The notes beneath the pieces are model-generated. The model had not been told where the DNA came from. It made no database searches and saw only the letters and a program-made list of their open reading frames with translations. Shown here piece by piece: positions 9,784-18,916 of a DNA stretch of 42,624 nucleotides. Location of the stretch: the sequence record NC_073077.1; one strand, written 5' to 3'. Origin of the DNA: Escherichia phage vB_Eco_Maverick. Every line of letters begins with the position of its first letter. Positions within the stretch are counted from its first letter, which is position 1. Made by a program: the position numbers and the translations under genes.

Positions 9784-10272
9784 ATGGCAGCGGGCACACT
9801 ATCCGTAACGAATAACAGCAAGGCGGTTGTCGGAGTAGGCACAACGTTTACCGCGTTTAAAGCTGGCGACTTCTTAACGCTGGTGGTAGGGCAAGTCCCC
9901 TACACCGTGGCAATCGCGTCCATTGAAAGCGCAACCGAGCTTACGCTGGTGCTGCCGTTCGACGGCCCAACGGCAACCGGCCTTGCGTGGGATGGCGTTA
10001 AGCGCGATACCATGTCGCTGGCAACGATGGGCGTTACCGTACAGGCCCAAAAAGCATTGCGCTTGATGATTGCAGATGAAAACAACTGGCGTGCAATCTT
10101 CGGCGACGCTGAAGAAATCACAGTGACGTTACCTACCGGGCAAGTTATGCAGGGTATGTCGTGGGGCTACCTGTCGCAGCTAATGAAGCAGATTCGCCCC
10201 GTTGAAATCGCGGAATTAAAAGCTGCCGTTGAGGAGTTGAAAGCCGCGGTCGCGGCACTGACAAAAGCATAA
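9784..10272 (+). CDS. hypothetical tail-associated protein (N-terminal domain paralogous to 2879-3478)
   Basis: GAGGA Shine-Dalgarno before ATG 9784; N-terminus GTLSVTNNSKAVVGVGTTF resembles 2879 ORF; C-terminal coiled-coil (EIAELKAAVEELKAAVAAL); followed by terminator. Confidence 0.5.
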   Translation: MAAGTLSVTNNSKAVVGVGTTFTAFKAGDFLTLVVGQVPYTVAIASIESATELTLVLPFDGPTATGLAWDGVKRDTMSLATMGVTVQAQKALRLMIADENNWRAIFGDAEEITVTLPTGQVMQGMSWGYLSQLMKQIRPVEIAELKAAVEELKAAVAALTKA

Positions 10273-10277
10273 TGAGA

Positions 10278-10299
10278 AGGGGCCAAACGGCCCCTTTTT
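10278..10299. terminator. bidirectional rho-independent terminator
   Basis: aggggcc-aaac-ggcccct stem followed by ttttt, between convergent genes 9784-10272 (+) and 10300-10875 (-). Confidence 0.7.
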
Positions 10300-10875
10300 C
10301 TAGTTTGAGTTTTCCCAGTCCATTTTGCGCCGCACCAGCGGGCTTTCGTAATATTCCTTGCCCTCAACTTCCACTAATGGCCAGTCATTAACAATCACGT
10401 ACGGCTCCGCGATATCTTCAATAACGCCGTGCGCGCTTTGTGGCCCTAACGACACACCCACCAGGATAACACCGGCAACGCGACGGGTAAGATACTCGCG
10501 AGCGCAACGCGCCTCTACCAGTCCGCGACGGATGCCGCTGGTGGCCTTAATTTCGTAGGTCCATACGGCATCGACCACATGCTCGCGGAAGTCGGGACCG
10601 GACTTTACCTTGCGCTTGCCGACCATGATAATATCGCCGCGGTCAATGGTATTGGCGCTAAACAGGCCGGTACGCATAAGCAAACCTTGCGGGATGCAAC
10701 TACGCCCGCCCGCCTGCCCTTCAAGGTACATGCCTGCAAACATTTCGCCAAGCACACCGACCAGTCGGCTTTGCTTGCACGCGTCAGACTTTAAGCGCCA
10801 CTGATCAAACTCGATGCTTGCTATCATTGCCGCCAGGTGGAATTGTTTACCGGATATTTCATATTCGCCGTACAT
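10300..10875 (-). CDS. hypothetical protein, possible PD-(D/E)xK-type nuclease
   Basis: 191-aa ORF; segment GDIIMVGKRK...VDAVWTYEIKA fits a D...E-x-K nuclease signature; assignment tentative. Confidence 0.45.
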   Translation of the reverse strand: MYGEYEISGKQFHLAAMIASIEFDQWRLKSDACKQSRLVGVLGEMFAGMYLEGQAGGRSCIPQGLLMRTGLFSANTIDRGDIIMVGKRKVKSGPDFREHVVDAVWTYEIKATSGIRRGLVEARCAREYLTRRVAGVILVGVSLGPQSAHGVIEDIAEPYVIVNDWPLVEVEGKEYYESPLVRRKMDWENSN

Positions 10876-10917
10876 CGTGTGGTCCTCATTGATGCGGGCC
10901 GAAGCCCGCGATTAGAA

Positions 10918-11439
10918 TTATTTCAGTGCGCCAGTCACCAGTGTTTTTTCCATGTTGCGGAAGTCTTCCGGCGTCATGAGGATTTTGGACCCGTCTTCGC
11001 CAGTTAGAACGACCATAGGCTGGACGTCTTGATCTGCAATGCCGAAATTGGCGGCTTTAACCATCTTGCCAGCCGATGCAGAAGGATGCCGCGTCCCCGC
11101 GGTGGCGATGGGCCAACCTTTAAGGCTATCGTATTGCGCTGCCGTCGTATCGACCTGAATCTCATCATGAACGGTCATGTAGGATTCGCCCAGCAAGGCC
11201 GCATACGCTACCAGGTCGACGATATTGTCTTCCTGGTGCTTACGGTGCTGGCGCACCAGCTTCAGGCAGATCAAGAAGGTCCAGGCTTCTTGCTCGGTAA
11301 GGTTGCGCCCGGTAAGCGCGTTAAACACGGCGGCGACCTGTTTAGCGCTGCGTTCGTCTTTCGCGTTGTCATAGCCGTTTTCTTTCCCGCGCTGTTCCAT
11401 AGTGGTGGCGGCGTTTTTGCAGTATTCGTATGCTTTCAT
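10918..11439 (-). CDS. hypothetical protein, possibly nucleotide-metabolism related
   Basis: 173-aa ORF with AAGGA Shine-Dalgarno; all-alpha-looking N-terminal region; no firm motif recognised. Confidence 0.45.
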   Translation of the reverse strand: MKAYEYCKNAATTMEQRGKENGYDNAKDERSAKQVAAVFNALTGRNLTEQEAWTFLICLKLVRQHRKHQEDNIVDLVAYAALLGESYMTVHDEIQVDTTAAQYDSLKGWPIATAGTRHPSASAGKMVKAANFGIADQDVQPMVVLTGEDGSKILMTPEDFRNMEKTLVTGALK

Positions 11440-11502
11440 TATGTGGTCCTTTTTATGGGAGGCCGTATTGCCTCCCGACGCGTTAACTATAGTGCAACCA
11501 AC

Positions 11503-11973
11503 CTATTGGTTGCAAGTGAATTTTGCAACGTTTATTGCGTAAATTTTCGGGACCAAATCGCTACACGCCCGACGAATTGCCGCGATGTTCTTCTCGCAAT
11601 CTTCAATGATGACCAGTTCCGACACGTCTGCATAGCAGACCATCTTGAACACGGCACACGCTTTAAACTCTGGCGGCGGGGTGTCATCCAGCATGTGGCG
11701 CATAAACAACCGGCCTGTCGGGAATACTTCCAGTTGCTCGGCGGTAGTCTCCCAACATTCGCGCTGCCGGTTAGTCAGATACGCTATCTCGAAGCCTTGC
11801 TCTTTGTACATGCGCAGCAGCGGCAGCATATCCATGTTCAGGTCTTCGCGTACGTGCGCTTTGTGCCACTTTGCCCAAAAGGTTGATTTCGTTTTTATCC
11901 CCGGCACCAGGTCGGCACGCGCATCGCTTGAGCCATTAATAACGCCATCCAAATCGCAAATCAGTAATTTCAT
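11503..11973 (-). CDS. HAD-superfamily phosphatase-like protein
   Basis: N-terminal MKLLICDLDGVI matches HAD motif I (DxDG); downstream Thr and acidic motifs present; 156 aa. Confidence 0.6.
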   Translation of the reverse strand: MKLLICDLDGVINGSSDARADLVPGIKTKSTFWAKWHKAHVREDLNMDMLPLLRMYKEQGFEIAYLTNRQRECWETTAEQLEVFPTGRLFMRHMLDDTPPPEFKACAVFKMVCYADVSELVIIEDCEKNIAAIRRACSDLVPKIYAINVAKFTCNQ

Positions 11974-12194
11974 TTTAAACTCTCAATAAGGGTGTAACGG
12001 GCGCTTCGCGCAGTAAAGGAGTTGCACACGAAATGGCAACGCTGAGTCATGACAAGCCATCCGGTGAGGTCAAGGCCCAGGATGTATTCGGGGCGAGAAG
12101 CGCGCACCACACGATCTCGGCGCGGGTCGATGTTATAGTCTCTTTGCATTCGGTCTACTACCGCAGGGTCGCGGTCAACGATTAAGATATTCAA
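11970..12194 (-). CDS. hypothetical protein
   Basis: 74-aa ORF translationally coupled to flanking minus-strand genes. Confidence 0.4.
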   Translation of the reverse strand: MNILIVDRDPAVVDRMQRDYNIDPRRDRVVRASRPEYILGLDLTGWLVMTQRCHFVCNSFTARSARYTLIESLK

Positions 12195-12660
12195 GGAGTT
12201 CTCCTTCGCTCATTATTTCAATTTGTGCGCTGCCGATTGGTGGCGCTTCGTCAAAGATTATCAATTGCTGGCACTTGTTATTGCTCGGCCCGACTTCACC
12301 GGAGACGGCGTGAATGAATCTAATCCGCCAGTCCAGAAGAATTATCAGGTTTGCAGTCTTCCGGGCAAGCCTCGCCCACTTCGTCGACGTGTCCTGATTC
12401 AGTAGCATGACAGTCCGTCGTCCGTGCGCGGCACACTCTACCCACGGCAGCGGATCGGAATACGGCGGATTGCACCACTTCCACCCTTTCAACTCGGACC
12501 AGTCCACATCAAGCGCGCTGTGTTCCGCCGTGAAGTAACGCGGTAGCAGATGATTGGCGTCGCTTGCCGCCATATCGTAACGGAATCGGTATTTCCGACG
12601 AAGCGGTTTGAATAAAGCTGGCGGCGTGCGCCAGCTATCTTTTTGCTCACTCTTCTGCAT
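12175..12660 (-). CDS. DNA N6-adenine methyltransferase (phage Dam-like)
   Basis: 161 aa containing the catalytic NPPY tetrapeptide (WCNPPYSD) and the overall shape of small phage Dam methyltransferases. Confidence 0.75.
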   Translation of the reverse strand: MQKSEQKDSWRTPPALFKPLRRKYRFRYDMAASDANHLLPRYFTAEHSALDVDWSELKGWKWCNPPYSDPLPWVECAAHGRRTVMLLNQDTSTKWARLARKTANLIILLDWRIRFIHAVSGEVGPSNNKCQQLIIFDEAPPIGSAQIEIMSEGELLEYLNR

Positions 12661-13111
12661 GACCTGGATCTATCGCGTATAAAGGGACTTTATTGCCGGT
12701 TTTCATAACGCGCTGGACGCGCTTTGACTCCTCGGCGCTCATTGGGCGCATATCAGTGCTATAACCACCGTTTGATGTGTGCCGCCACGCTATCAGCACC
12801 AGATCTTTCCGGTCGATCTTAGACTGGCGGCCCTTCGGTCGCACGTACGCCTCGGCCCGTTTGCAATGCTCGCGCAGACCTTCGGCAGTGATGCGGTTTA
12901 GCGAGACGGTGGTTGTGTACCCGGTGCGCTGCATAATACCCATCAACTCATACAGCAGTTCGAAGCGCTCCTCTAATTCCTTGCGCGCCTTCTCCTCGCC
13001 TTCATAGCTCGCCAGGTAGGTGTCCGCCAGCGCGTTCGCGCGTTCGGCCTGTTCGCGGGCTTCGAGGCATTGCGCGGCCCAGTAATTTTTCTCTTCTTGT
13101 AAAATTTTCAT
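12647..13111 (-). CDS. hypothetical protein (coiled-coil)
   Basis: 154-aa ORF overlapping its neighbours by a few nt; no motif recognised. Confidence 0.5.
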   Translation of the reverse strand: MKILQEEKNYWAAQCLEAREQAERANALADTYLASYEGEEKARKELEERFELLYELMGIMQRTGYTTTVSLNRITAEGLREHCKRAEAYVRPKGRQSKIDRKDLVLIAWRHTSNGGYSTDMRPMSAEESKRVQRVMKTGNKVPLYAIDPGHAEE

Positions 13112-13354
13112 TTATTTAATCTCCGTAGTGCGGATTTCCTTGCGAGGAATAAATTTGCCGTCTTTCTCGACCCAGCAAGTTCCGTAACGCCATTGGGTAT
13201 TACGGCCTGTTTGCTCGGCATATACGGTCTTGCATTCGTAGCGTTCCGTGTAGTAAATAGCCGCGGTAGGTACGAAAATACAAACGGCAAACATGAGGGT
13301 GAGTATCACCCAAAATCGAAGGTCGCCGTCGTAGTCGAAAAATAATGATCTCAT
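13112..13354 (-). CDS. small membrane protein
   Basis: 80 aa with one strongly hydrophobic helix (FWVILTLMFAVCIFVPTAAIYY); GGAG Shine-Dalgarno; own promoter upstream. Confidence 0.5.
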   Translation of the reverse strand: MRSLFFDYDGDLRFWVILTLMFAVCIFVPTAAIYYTERYECKTVYAEQTGRNTQWRYGTCWVEKDGKFIPRKEIRTTEIK

Positions 13355-13370
13355 TGTGTCGTCTCCGGGT

Positions 13371-13398
13371 ATTAAAAAGGGCGTCCAAACCGGACACC
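13371..13398 (-). terminator. minus-strand rho-independent terminator overlapping the downstream promoter
   Basis: On the minus strand gggtgtcc-ggttt-ggacgccc (one G-U pair) followed by ttttt; lies between the -10 box at 13402-13407 and the RBS of gene 13112-13354. Confidence 0.5.
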
Positions 13399-13401
13399 CT
13401 C

Positions 13402-13430
13402 AATATAATGCAACCAATCTAATTATGCAA
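13402..13430 (-). promoter_or_regulatory. sigma70-like promoter TTGCAT-N17-TATATT embedded in tandem ATTGGTTGCAT motifs
   Basis: Minus-strand reading aTTGGTTGCATaattagaTTGGTTGCATTATATT; -35 and -10 hexamers separated by 17 nt. Confidence 0.4.
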
Positions 13431-13435
13431 CCAAT

Positions 13436-13753
13436 TTACGAATAAAAATTTGGGTCGCGTGCAACGTCTACCAGATACAGATTGCTGATTCGGTTGCCGT
13501 AGTGCCCTGGGGTGCGCTGGCGGCACACAACGGCGAAGCCTGGAGGGATTGTATTGCCCGTCGCAATAATCCACGCCACGCGTGCGCCAGACAGCGTCTT
13601 GCCGTTGCATTCGATACGGGTTCCGCCATCGGCGGTGTTGATGTTGCCAATCTTGCATCCGGTGGACTTCAGACGGATGACTCCGGTTTTGCTGTCGTAG
13701 GTGAATAGCTGGTTAGTCATTGCGACCGAAAAATCAATGGCTTCGAATGTCAT
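13436..13753 (-). CDS. hypothetical protein, possibly a degenerate HNH/homing-endonuclease-like DNA-binding protein
   Basis: 105 aa, Gly/Cys-containing beta-rich sequence (GCKIGNINTADGGTRIECNGK...HYGNRISNLYL); weak resemblance only. Confidence 0.35.
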   Translation of the reverse strand: MTFEAIDFSVAMTNQLFTYDSKTGVIRLKSTGCKIGNINTADGGTRIECNGKTLSGARVAWIIATGNTIPPGFAVVCRQRTPGHYGNRISNLYLVDVARDPNFYS

Positions 13754-14445
13754 TTTAAATTTTCCTCGTTAACCGCTATCGCGAAGCCGCGCGGAGTGAG
13801 CGACCGGATTAATTTTGTGCGGGCTGATTTACCACCGAGGCGACTATACTGCTTCGAGTACCCTTTTTCAACGAATACAGGCTTTTTCTCTGGCATACGA
13901 AAGCCGTTGCCGGTCCATAAGCAGGTCCGCTTCGGATATGAATCGCGGGCGTTGATGTATTCCGGGAAGAGCGGGTGTACGTCATCCTCCGGCAGATAGC
14001 CCCCATACTCCCACGGATCAAACGAGTGGTCTGGCTTGCGCCACTGGGAGGAGAGCACACTGCGCGGATTCTCAATCATATATGGCACTTCGAAGAAGTC
14101 ACCCAGGTAAGCGGCGATCTTCGCGGTGCGCACCGCCTTAAGCTGAAAGGCTGGGTCTTTCGCACGCTTGCGCGGGAAAGCTGGCGCGCCGCTCACTGCC
14201 AGATCCGTACACGGAGGGAATGCATAGATGATATCCGGCGTACCGAAATCGCCATTCATCGCGCGGTCCACAAAGTCCATATCTATAAACTCATTGCGAT
14301 ATCGGATTCCGCGACCATAAATCCGGTAGTCAAGGTAAGACCCGTGATCGGCTTCGGAATAGTTGAAGCAATAACACTTATGCCCCATCTCGGCAGCACG
14401 CTCAATCATCAAGCCGCTGCCGTCAAACAATGACCAGATTATCAT
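13750..14445 (-). CDS. DNA cytosine-5 methyltransferase-like protein (short)
   Basis: Motif I-like SLFDGSG, motif IV-like FPPCTDL (catalytic Pro-Cys), motif VI-like MIENP in the canonical order; only 231 aa, so the target-recognition region would be minimal. Confidence 0.55.
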   Translation of the reverse strand: MIIWSLFDGSGLMIERAAEMGHKCYCFNYSEADHGSYLDYRIYGRGIRYRNEFIDMDFVDRAMNGDFGTPDIIYAFPPCTDLAVSGAPAFPRKRAKDPAFQLKAVRTAKIAAYLGDFFEVPYMIENPRSVLSSQWRKPDHSFDPWEYGGYLPEDDVHPLFPEYINARDSYPKRTCLWTGNGFRMPEKKPVFVEKGYSKQYSRLGGKSARTKLIRSLTPRGFAIAVNEENLK

Positions 14446-15866
14446 TTGCGCGCCTTCTTAGCTTTCATGTATTCCATCAAGTCGTCCTGAATGTCTCGCT
14501 TACTGTCGCGACGCTCGGCGACCAGTTCGTCCAGCGTCCCGCGAGCCTGGATAATGTAGACGAATACCGGTCGAGGGTGTCCCGCCTGCATCTGGCGAAC
14601 CGGCCCGATACGTTCAACGATCTGCGAAAAGTGCTCAAAGTTCCAGGTATCGGAGAAGATTGCCAGGTGATGTCCGCCATCCTGCAGGTTGAGGCCGTGG
14701 CCCGCCGACGCCGGGTGTGCAAACATGATGGGGATCTCGCCCCTGTTCCACGCTTCCATATCCTTATTGCCCTGCTTACCTTTACCCAACGCAACGCCGT
14801 GCGGAAATTTCTTCTTAAGACGAGCCAGGTCATGTTTATACTGATATGCGACGAGCAACGGCGCACCGTTCAACTCCTCCACGATACTTTCCAGCGCGTC
14901 CAGCTTCGCGTCGTGAATTTTCACCCACTCGTCGGTCCGTTCGCCGTCTTCGTCCACCTTATACACGGCCCCGGATGCAAGCTGAAGGCACTTAATTGTC
15001 TTCGATGCCGCGTTCGCCGCTTCCACTGTTCCGCTTTCCAGTTCGGCAAATAGCTCGCTTTCAAACTGGTCATAAATCTTGCGCGCTTTCTTCGGCAGGT
15101 CCACAACAACCGGCGTATAGATTGGCTTGTCGCACCCGAAGTATTCCGCCGCGTCAACGGTGAGGGATACATCTGACAGACGTTGTTGTATTTCTTTCTC
15201 GGAGTTCTTAAGCGGGGCGTGCTGCATCGTGAAGCTGCCAGGCTTAACAGGCTTGCTAATAAACCAGCGGTCCGTGAACGCCTTATAGCTACTGCCGAGG
15301 CGTTCGCCGCCGTCGACAAACCACGTCTGGCCCCATAGGTCTTTCAGCCCGTTAGGTGCGGGTGTGCCGGTAAGGTTAATCCAGCGCTTGACGTGCTTAT
15401 GAGCGATCGCTGCCAGCGCACGGGCGCGCTTACTTCCCTGCTTGCTTCTATAGCCTTTCAGCTTAGTGGATTCATCGGCAACCACGACCGTAAATGGCCA
15501 CTCGTCGCCGCAATACTCGACAAGCCACTCAACTACATCATAGTTAATACAAACCACGTTAGCGTCGCTCTCAAGCGCAGCGATGCGGTCCTTCTCTGAC
15601 CCAGTGCCGTCTACTACCAGCAAGGCTGGGAAGCGCCATTTCTCCTGTTCCGGGGGCCATGTACCGGACGCAACGCGCAGCGGGGCCAGCACCAGTACGC
15701 GGTCATCCTGGTTGGACAGGATGCCGGTCTGGAACATTTTATTCAGCGCCCACATGGTCGCGCCGGTTTTACCCGACCCCATTGTCGCCCAAATATTGCA
15801 GCGCTTATGCTTGAGGATGAACGCGGTTATCAACTTCTGATATTCGCGGCGTCGGAATCGTGCCAT
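14442..15866 (-). CDS. SNF2/DEAD-like superfamily II DNA helicase
   Basis: Walker A ATMGSGKTGAT, Walker B VVVADESTKL, later helicase motifs (LTGTPAPNGL...); start chosen at the ATG for MARFRRREY, the longest frame begins at GTG 15902. Confidence 0.8.
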   Translation of the reverse strand: MARFRRREYQKLITAFILKHKRCNIWATMGSGKTGATMWALNKMFQTGILSNQDDRVLVLAPLRVASGTWPPEQEKWRFPALLVVDGTGSEKDRIAALESDANVVCINYDVVEWLVEYCGDEWPFTVVVADESTKLKGYRSKQGSKRARALAAIAHKHVKRWINLTGTPAPNGLKDLWGQTWFVDGGERLGSSYKAFTDRWFISKPVKPGSFTMQHAPLKNSEKEIQQRLSDVSLTVDAAEYFGCDKPIYTPVVVDLPKKARKIYDQFESELFAELESGTVEAANAASKTIKCLQLASGAVYKVDEDGERTDEWVKIHDAKLDALESIVEELNGAPLLVAYQYKHDLARLKKKFPHGVALGKGKQGNKDMEAWNRGEIPIMFAHPASAGHGLNLQDGGHHLAIFSDTWNFEHFSQIVERIGPVRQMQAGHPRPVFVYIIQARGTLDELVAERRDSKRDIQDDLMEYMKAKKARK

Positions 15867-15870
15867 TTCT

Positions 15871-16104
15871 TTATTCCGCCTTTTTCCAGACTTCGGTTTC
15901 ACTGTTCCAGTTCCTTTTTGTGGCGTCGTAGTTGGTGGCGTGTCCGATGTGCACGCCGGTCGCCCGGAAGCTCTTAAATTTTTGCCAGCACACCGTCAAC
16001 GGCAGCGGGTAGTTCATGCCCGCGATAAACCATACGCGATCGCCTGGTTTGCATTCGCCCAGTGTGGTGAGTCGGTAGTGTTCTTTCATCGTCATGTCTC
16101 CCAA
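15871..16104 (-). CDS. hypothetical protein
   Basis: 77-aa ORF immediately upstream of the helicase gene on the same strand. Confidence 0.4.
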   Translation of the reverse strand: MGDMTMKEHYRLTTLGECKPGDRVWFIAGMNYPLPLTVCWQKFKSFRATGVHIGHATNYDATKRNWNSETEVWKKAE

Positions 16105-16132
16105 AAATGGCGGGACAAGCCCGCCGTATTAA

Positions 16133-16306
16133 TTATTCTTGCGCTGCGCGGTAGCGGCGCTGCCGTTCGCGCTCTTTCTTATTGCGGCATGATTTGCACT
16201 CGGCCCGATACCCGTCTGGACTTCGCGCAGTCTTACCGGTGTATTTGTGGAACTGGGATAACGGCTTGATGCAACCGCAATTACTGCAGCGTTTTTCTTC
16301 AATCAT
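16133..16306 (-). CDS. small zinc-ribbon protein
   Basis: 57-aa product MIEEKRCSNCGCIKPLSQFH...ECKSCRNKK with two CxxC pairs; GAGGA Shine-Dalgarno; the longer frame to 16378 lacks an RBS. Confidence 0.4.
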   Translation of the reverse strand: MIEEKRCSNCGCIKPLSQFHKYTGKTARSPDGYRAECKSCRNKKERERQRRYRAAQE

Positions 16307-16346
16307 TTCTAAAATCCTCGTTAGTGCTAACCTGCTCACTATACTG

Positions 16347-16625
16347 TTAAGCGACCAATTCAGCAACCAATAAATCACAGTCGGCTATGTTGTCGATGAC
16401 GCGAACGTCCGCACCGCGGCGGGCCATCCGCTCATGTTCTCGTACCTGGTGCGGCTTCGGTTTGCCTCCGGGGCGCTTCACTTCGACGAAAACTATTCTG
16501 CCGTTGATGATGATAATCAGATCGGGAGCACCTGCGCGCCCCTCCCAAGCAACTTTGCGGCAGAATCCGCCGACGGCTTTCACCCGTCTCATCAAGTGAC
16601 TTTGAATCTTGCCTTCTGGTGTCAT
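16347..16625 (-). CDS. VRR-NUC domain nuclease
   Basis: 92-aa product MTPEGKIQSHLMRRVKAVGGFCRKVAWEGRAGAPDLIIIINGRIVFVEVKRPGGK with PD...E-x-K core; ATG overlaps the polymerase stop (TAATG). Confidence 0.7.
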   Translation of the reverse strand: MTPEGKIQSHLMRRVKAVGGFCRKVAWEGRAGAPDLIIIINGRIVFVEVKRPGGKPKPHQVREHERMARRGADVRVIDNIADCDLLVAELVA

Positions 16626-18916
16626 TATTTCCTGTACCTGTACATAATGTCGCCTTCCGCGGCAAGCGGGAAGCCTTTCGCCCAAACAGGCAGGTCGCAC
16701 ATCAGCGCGCACAACTCCTCGGTTGTGTAGTCGTCAGTATCCGGAACTTCGGTTATCAGTTCATCGTGTACGGACAGTACGATCTCATATCCCGCAGCTT
16801 CAACGCCAGGCATGGACCATGCGAGGATATCGCGACACAGCGCCTGTACGATGTTTTCCGTGAGTTTGCCGCCGTAGGTGTACTGGAAGCCCCACTGGCG
16901 GGTCGTCTGATTCTCGCCCTGATATTTAATGCGGGTGCTGGTGCGTTTCTTGCCAGTATCTTCGTCGATCTCGGTAGTGACAGACAGCGCAATGCCCGGA
17001 TAACTCATAATACGCCCCGACGGCAACTCAATTTTCAACCACCACCCCGCGGCGTTCGGGTCGTCGCGTTCCTCGTCGAAGGTTGGGTCATGCTTCGCCT
17101 TCGTGCGGACTATCTTGAGCGCTTTCTTACCATCCGGGCGAACGTTCGCGCCAGCCCAGTACGCTTTGCCAGGATTGCGGATTGCACACAACACCGCGTC
17201 CTCAAGCTCGGCCCAAAAGGCTACCGTCTTCGGGTGGGCCTCACGCCACATGCGTTTGATCGCGTCGCAGGTCAGCCAAACGTTTTTAGGCAGTATGTAA
17301 GTCGGGCGCTCGTCCTTCTTGCCCGGCTTCGGCGGTCGCTTCGCTTCGTTAATGCGGGCGTACTCATAACCCCGTTTAGCCGCTGCCCAAATGTGATCGG
17401 GGAATGTGCCCTTCATGACGTCCGCCATCGCGTAAAGGTCGAGGCCCAGGTTTTTAGCGAACTGCAAGAACGCAGCCACGCCGCCGCCATAGCCAAGTCC
17501 CAACTCACACGCCTTACCAATCTGGCGTAGGTCTTTGCGGTTGGCTTTAATGTATTCCGGGTCAAGGCCGAACATCTTACCGGCAGTTTCACAATAAATA
17601 TCGCGACCGGCCCTAAACACCATTAGCGCGGTTTTCTCACCAGCGATCCAGGCGAGGCCACGCCCTTCCACGTTAGAGTAGTCCGCTACGACAAACTTCT
17701 TGCCCTTAGCCGGGATAATGCACCCGCGAACGGTCGAGGCTGTTAGCTTAGATATGTCATACGCCCAGTGCGCGGTCCCGCGTAACAGGGAATTGATGCC
17801 GTTGGTGAGCATGTGCGACCGGACCCAAAAAGCAACGTCGCTCTCGCCTTCGCGGCGCTTAATCTTCCCTTCGTGATCGTCGCTATACTCGCCGCGTGCC
17901 AGGTTTTGAGGCTGGAAGCCTTTACCAGCCCAGCGCAGCGTGCGCTTTGCGCCACCATACTGAAGACACCCACGGCGGCGACCATCTGCGGATAAGCCGT
18001 TAACTAGCGGATTGTACTTAGTCGATGCCGTTGATGACGCACCGAGGCGCATTTCGATAAGCGCTTTGCCTTCGTCGGGGAAGTCCGGGTCTTCAAGCAG
18101 GTCGTTAAGTGTGGATTTCTGCGCGTTGTGTATCGTGAATGCTGGCGCAATATCACGCAGGATTGGCAGGAAGTCATTGCCGGTCAGCTTACCGCCAAAC
18201 CGCTCCCAGGCTTCTTCCTTCAATTCTTCCTTATGCGCCTGCACCGCTTTGATCGCGGCGTTCGCCAGGTCAACGTCAACGTAGAAGCCGCGGTCGTTAA
18301 TCAACTGGTCGATGAGCAGGATTTCATCTTCCTTCGGTGAGTTGCCCCAGTCCGGTATGCGCCAGTAGACTTCACGCATGGCAACAATATCCAGCGCGGC
18401 ATAGCGCAAGAATTTGGCCCATTCTTCGGGGTGCGTCTCGCGTGTGTAGCGGCGGATTTTGTAGGTCTTAGGGGTGGGCTTACAGAATCGTTTAATCAGC
18501 GCCTTGCCTGCCTTATCCTTCGCGTGCTCTGCGTCAACGCCCAGCACCTGACACTGCATATCGAGGCTGCCCGGCAGCGCGTGCCGAAAGGCCATAATCA
18601 TGGTATCTTCGATCTGGCTTACCGGCAGGTCGATGCCCCACTTCTCACGGATAACCAGGCGGTCAAACAGGAGGCCGTTAGCCATCACTATTTTTGCTTT
18701 CTTGCGGGATACATGGCGGAGCGCCTTGCGCAGTTCACGCGGCATTGTGGGGGATTCAGTGCAATCCCATGTCTGCACGCGGCCTTCGTCGATGGCGTAG
18801 GTGCAAATCATAATCTCGGTGGTTGGGTGCTCTGCGTAGGCGTACGCCCCTACTTTCTTCAGGTCCACCCCGCTAAATGTCTCGGTGTCGAGAAACAGAC
18901 GTTCGAAGTCTTTCAT
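16625..18916 (-). CDS. family A DNA polymerase (Pol I-like, with 3'-5' exonuclease domain)
   Basis: Exo I motif FLDTETFS at the N-terminus; polymerase motif A VADYSNVEGRGLAWIAGE, motif B KACELGLGYGGGVAAF, motif C LSVHDELITEV. Confidence 0.95.
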   Translation of the reverse strand: MKDFERLFLDTETFSGVDLKKVGAYAYAEHPTTEIMICTYAIDEGRVQTWDCTESPTMPRELRKALRHVSRKKAKIVMANGLLFDRLVIREKWGIDLPVSQIEDTMIMAFRHALPGSLDMQCQVLGVDAEHAKDKAGKALIKRFCKPTPKTYKIRRYTRETHPEEWAKFLRYAALDIVAMREVYWRIPDWGNSPKEDEILLIDQLINDRGFYVDVDLANAAIKAVQAHKEELKEEAWERFGGKLTGNDFLPILRDIAPAFTIHNAQKSTLNDLLEDPDFPDEGKALIEMRLGASSTASTKYNPLVNGLSADGRRRGCLQYGGAKRTLRWAGKGFQPQNLARGEYSDDHEGKIKRREGESDVAFWVRSHMLTNGINSLLRGTAHWAYDISKLTASTVRGCIIPAKGKKFVVADYSNVEGRGLAWIAGEKTALMVFRAGRDIYCETAGKMFGLDPEYIKANRKDLRQIGKACELGLGYGGGVAAFLQFAKNLGLDLYAMADVMKGTFPDHIWAAAKRGYEYARINEAKRPPKPGKKDERPTYILPKNVWLTCDAIKRMWREAHPKTVAFWAELEDAVLCAIRNPGKAYWAGANVRPDGKKALKIVRTKAKHDPTFDEERDDPNAAGWWLKIELPSGRIMSYPGIALSVTTEIDEDTGKKRTSTRIKYQGENQTTRQWGFQYTYGGKLTENIVQALCRDILAWSMPGVEAAGYEIVLSVHDELITEVPDTDDYTTEELCALMCDLPVWAKGFPLAAEGDIMYRYRK

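Noticed and set aside
11029-11886. 285-aa plus-strand ORF across the early region
   Set aside because: Antisense to two minus-strand genes that have RBSs and, for one, a clear HAD motif; translation is Arg/Cys-rich with no start signals
16619-17530. 303-aa plus-strand ORF inside the DNA polymerase gene (also 18431-19129 plus)
   Set aside because: Antisense to the polymerase, whose motifs A, B and C are unambiguous on the minus strand
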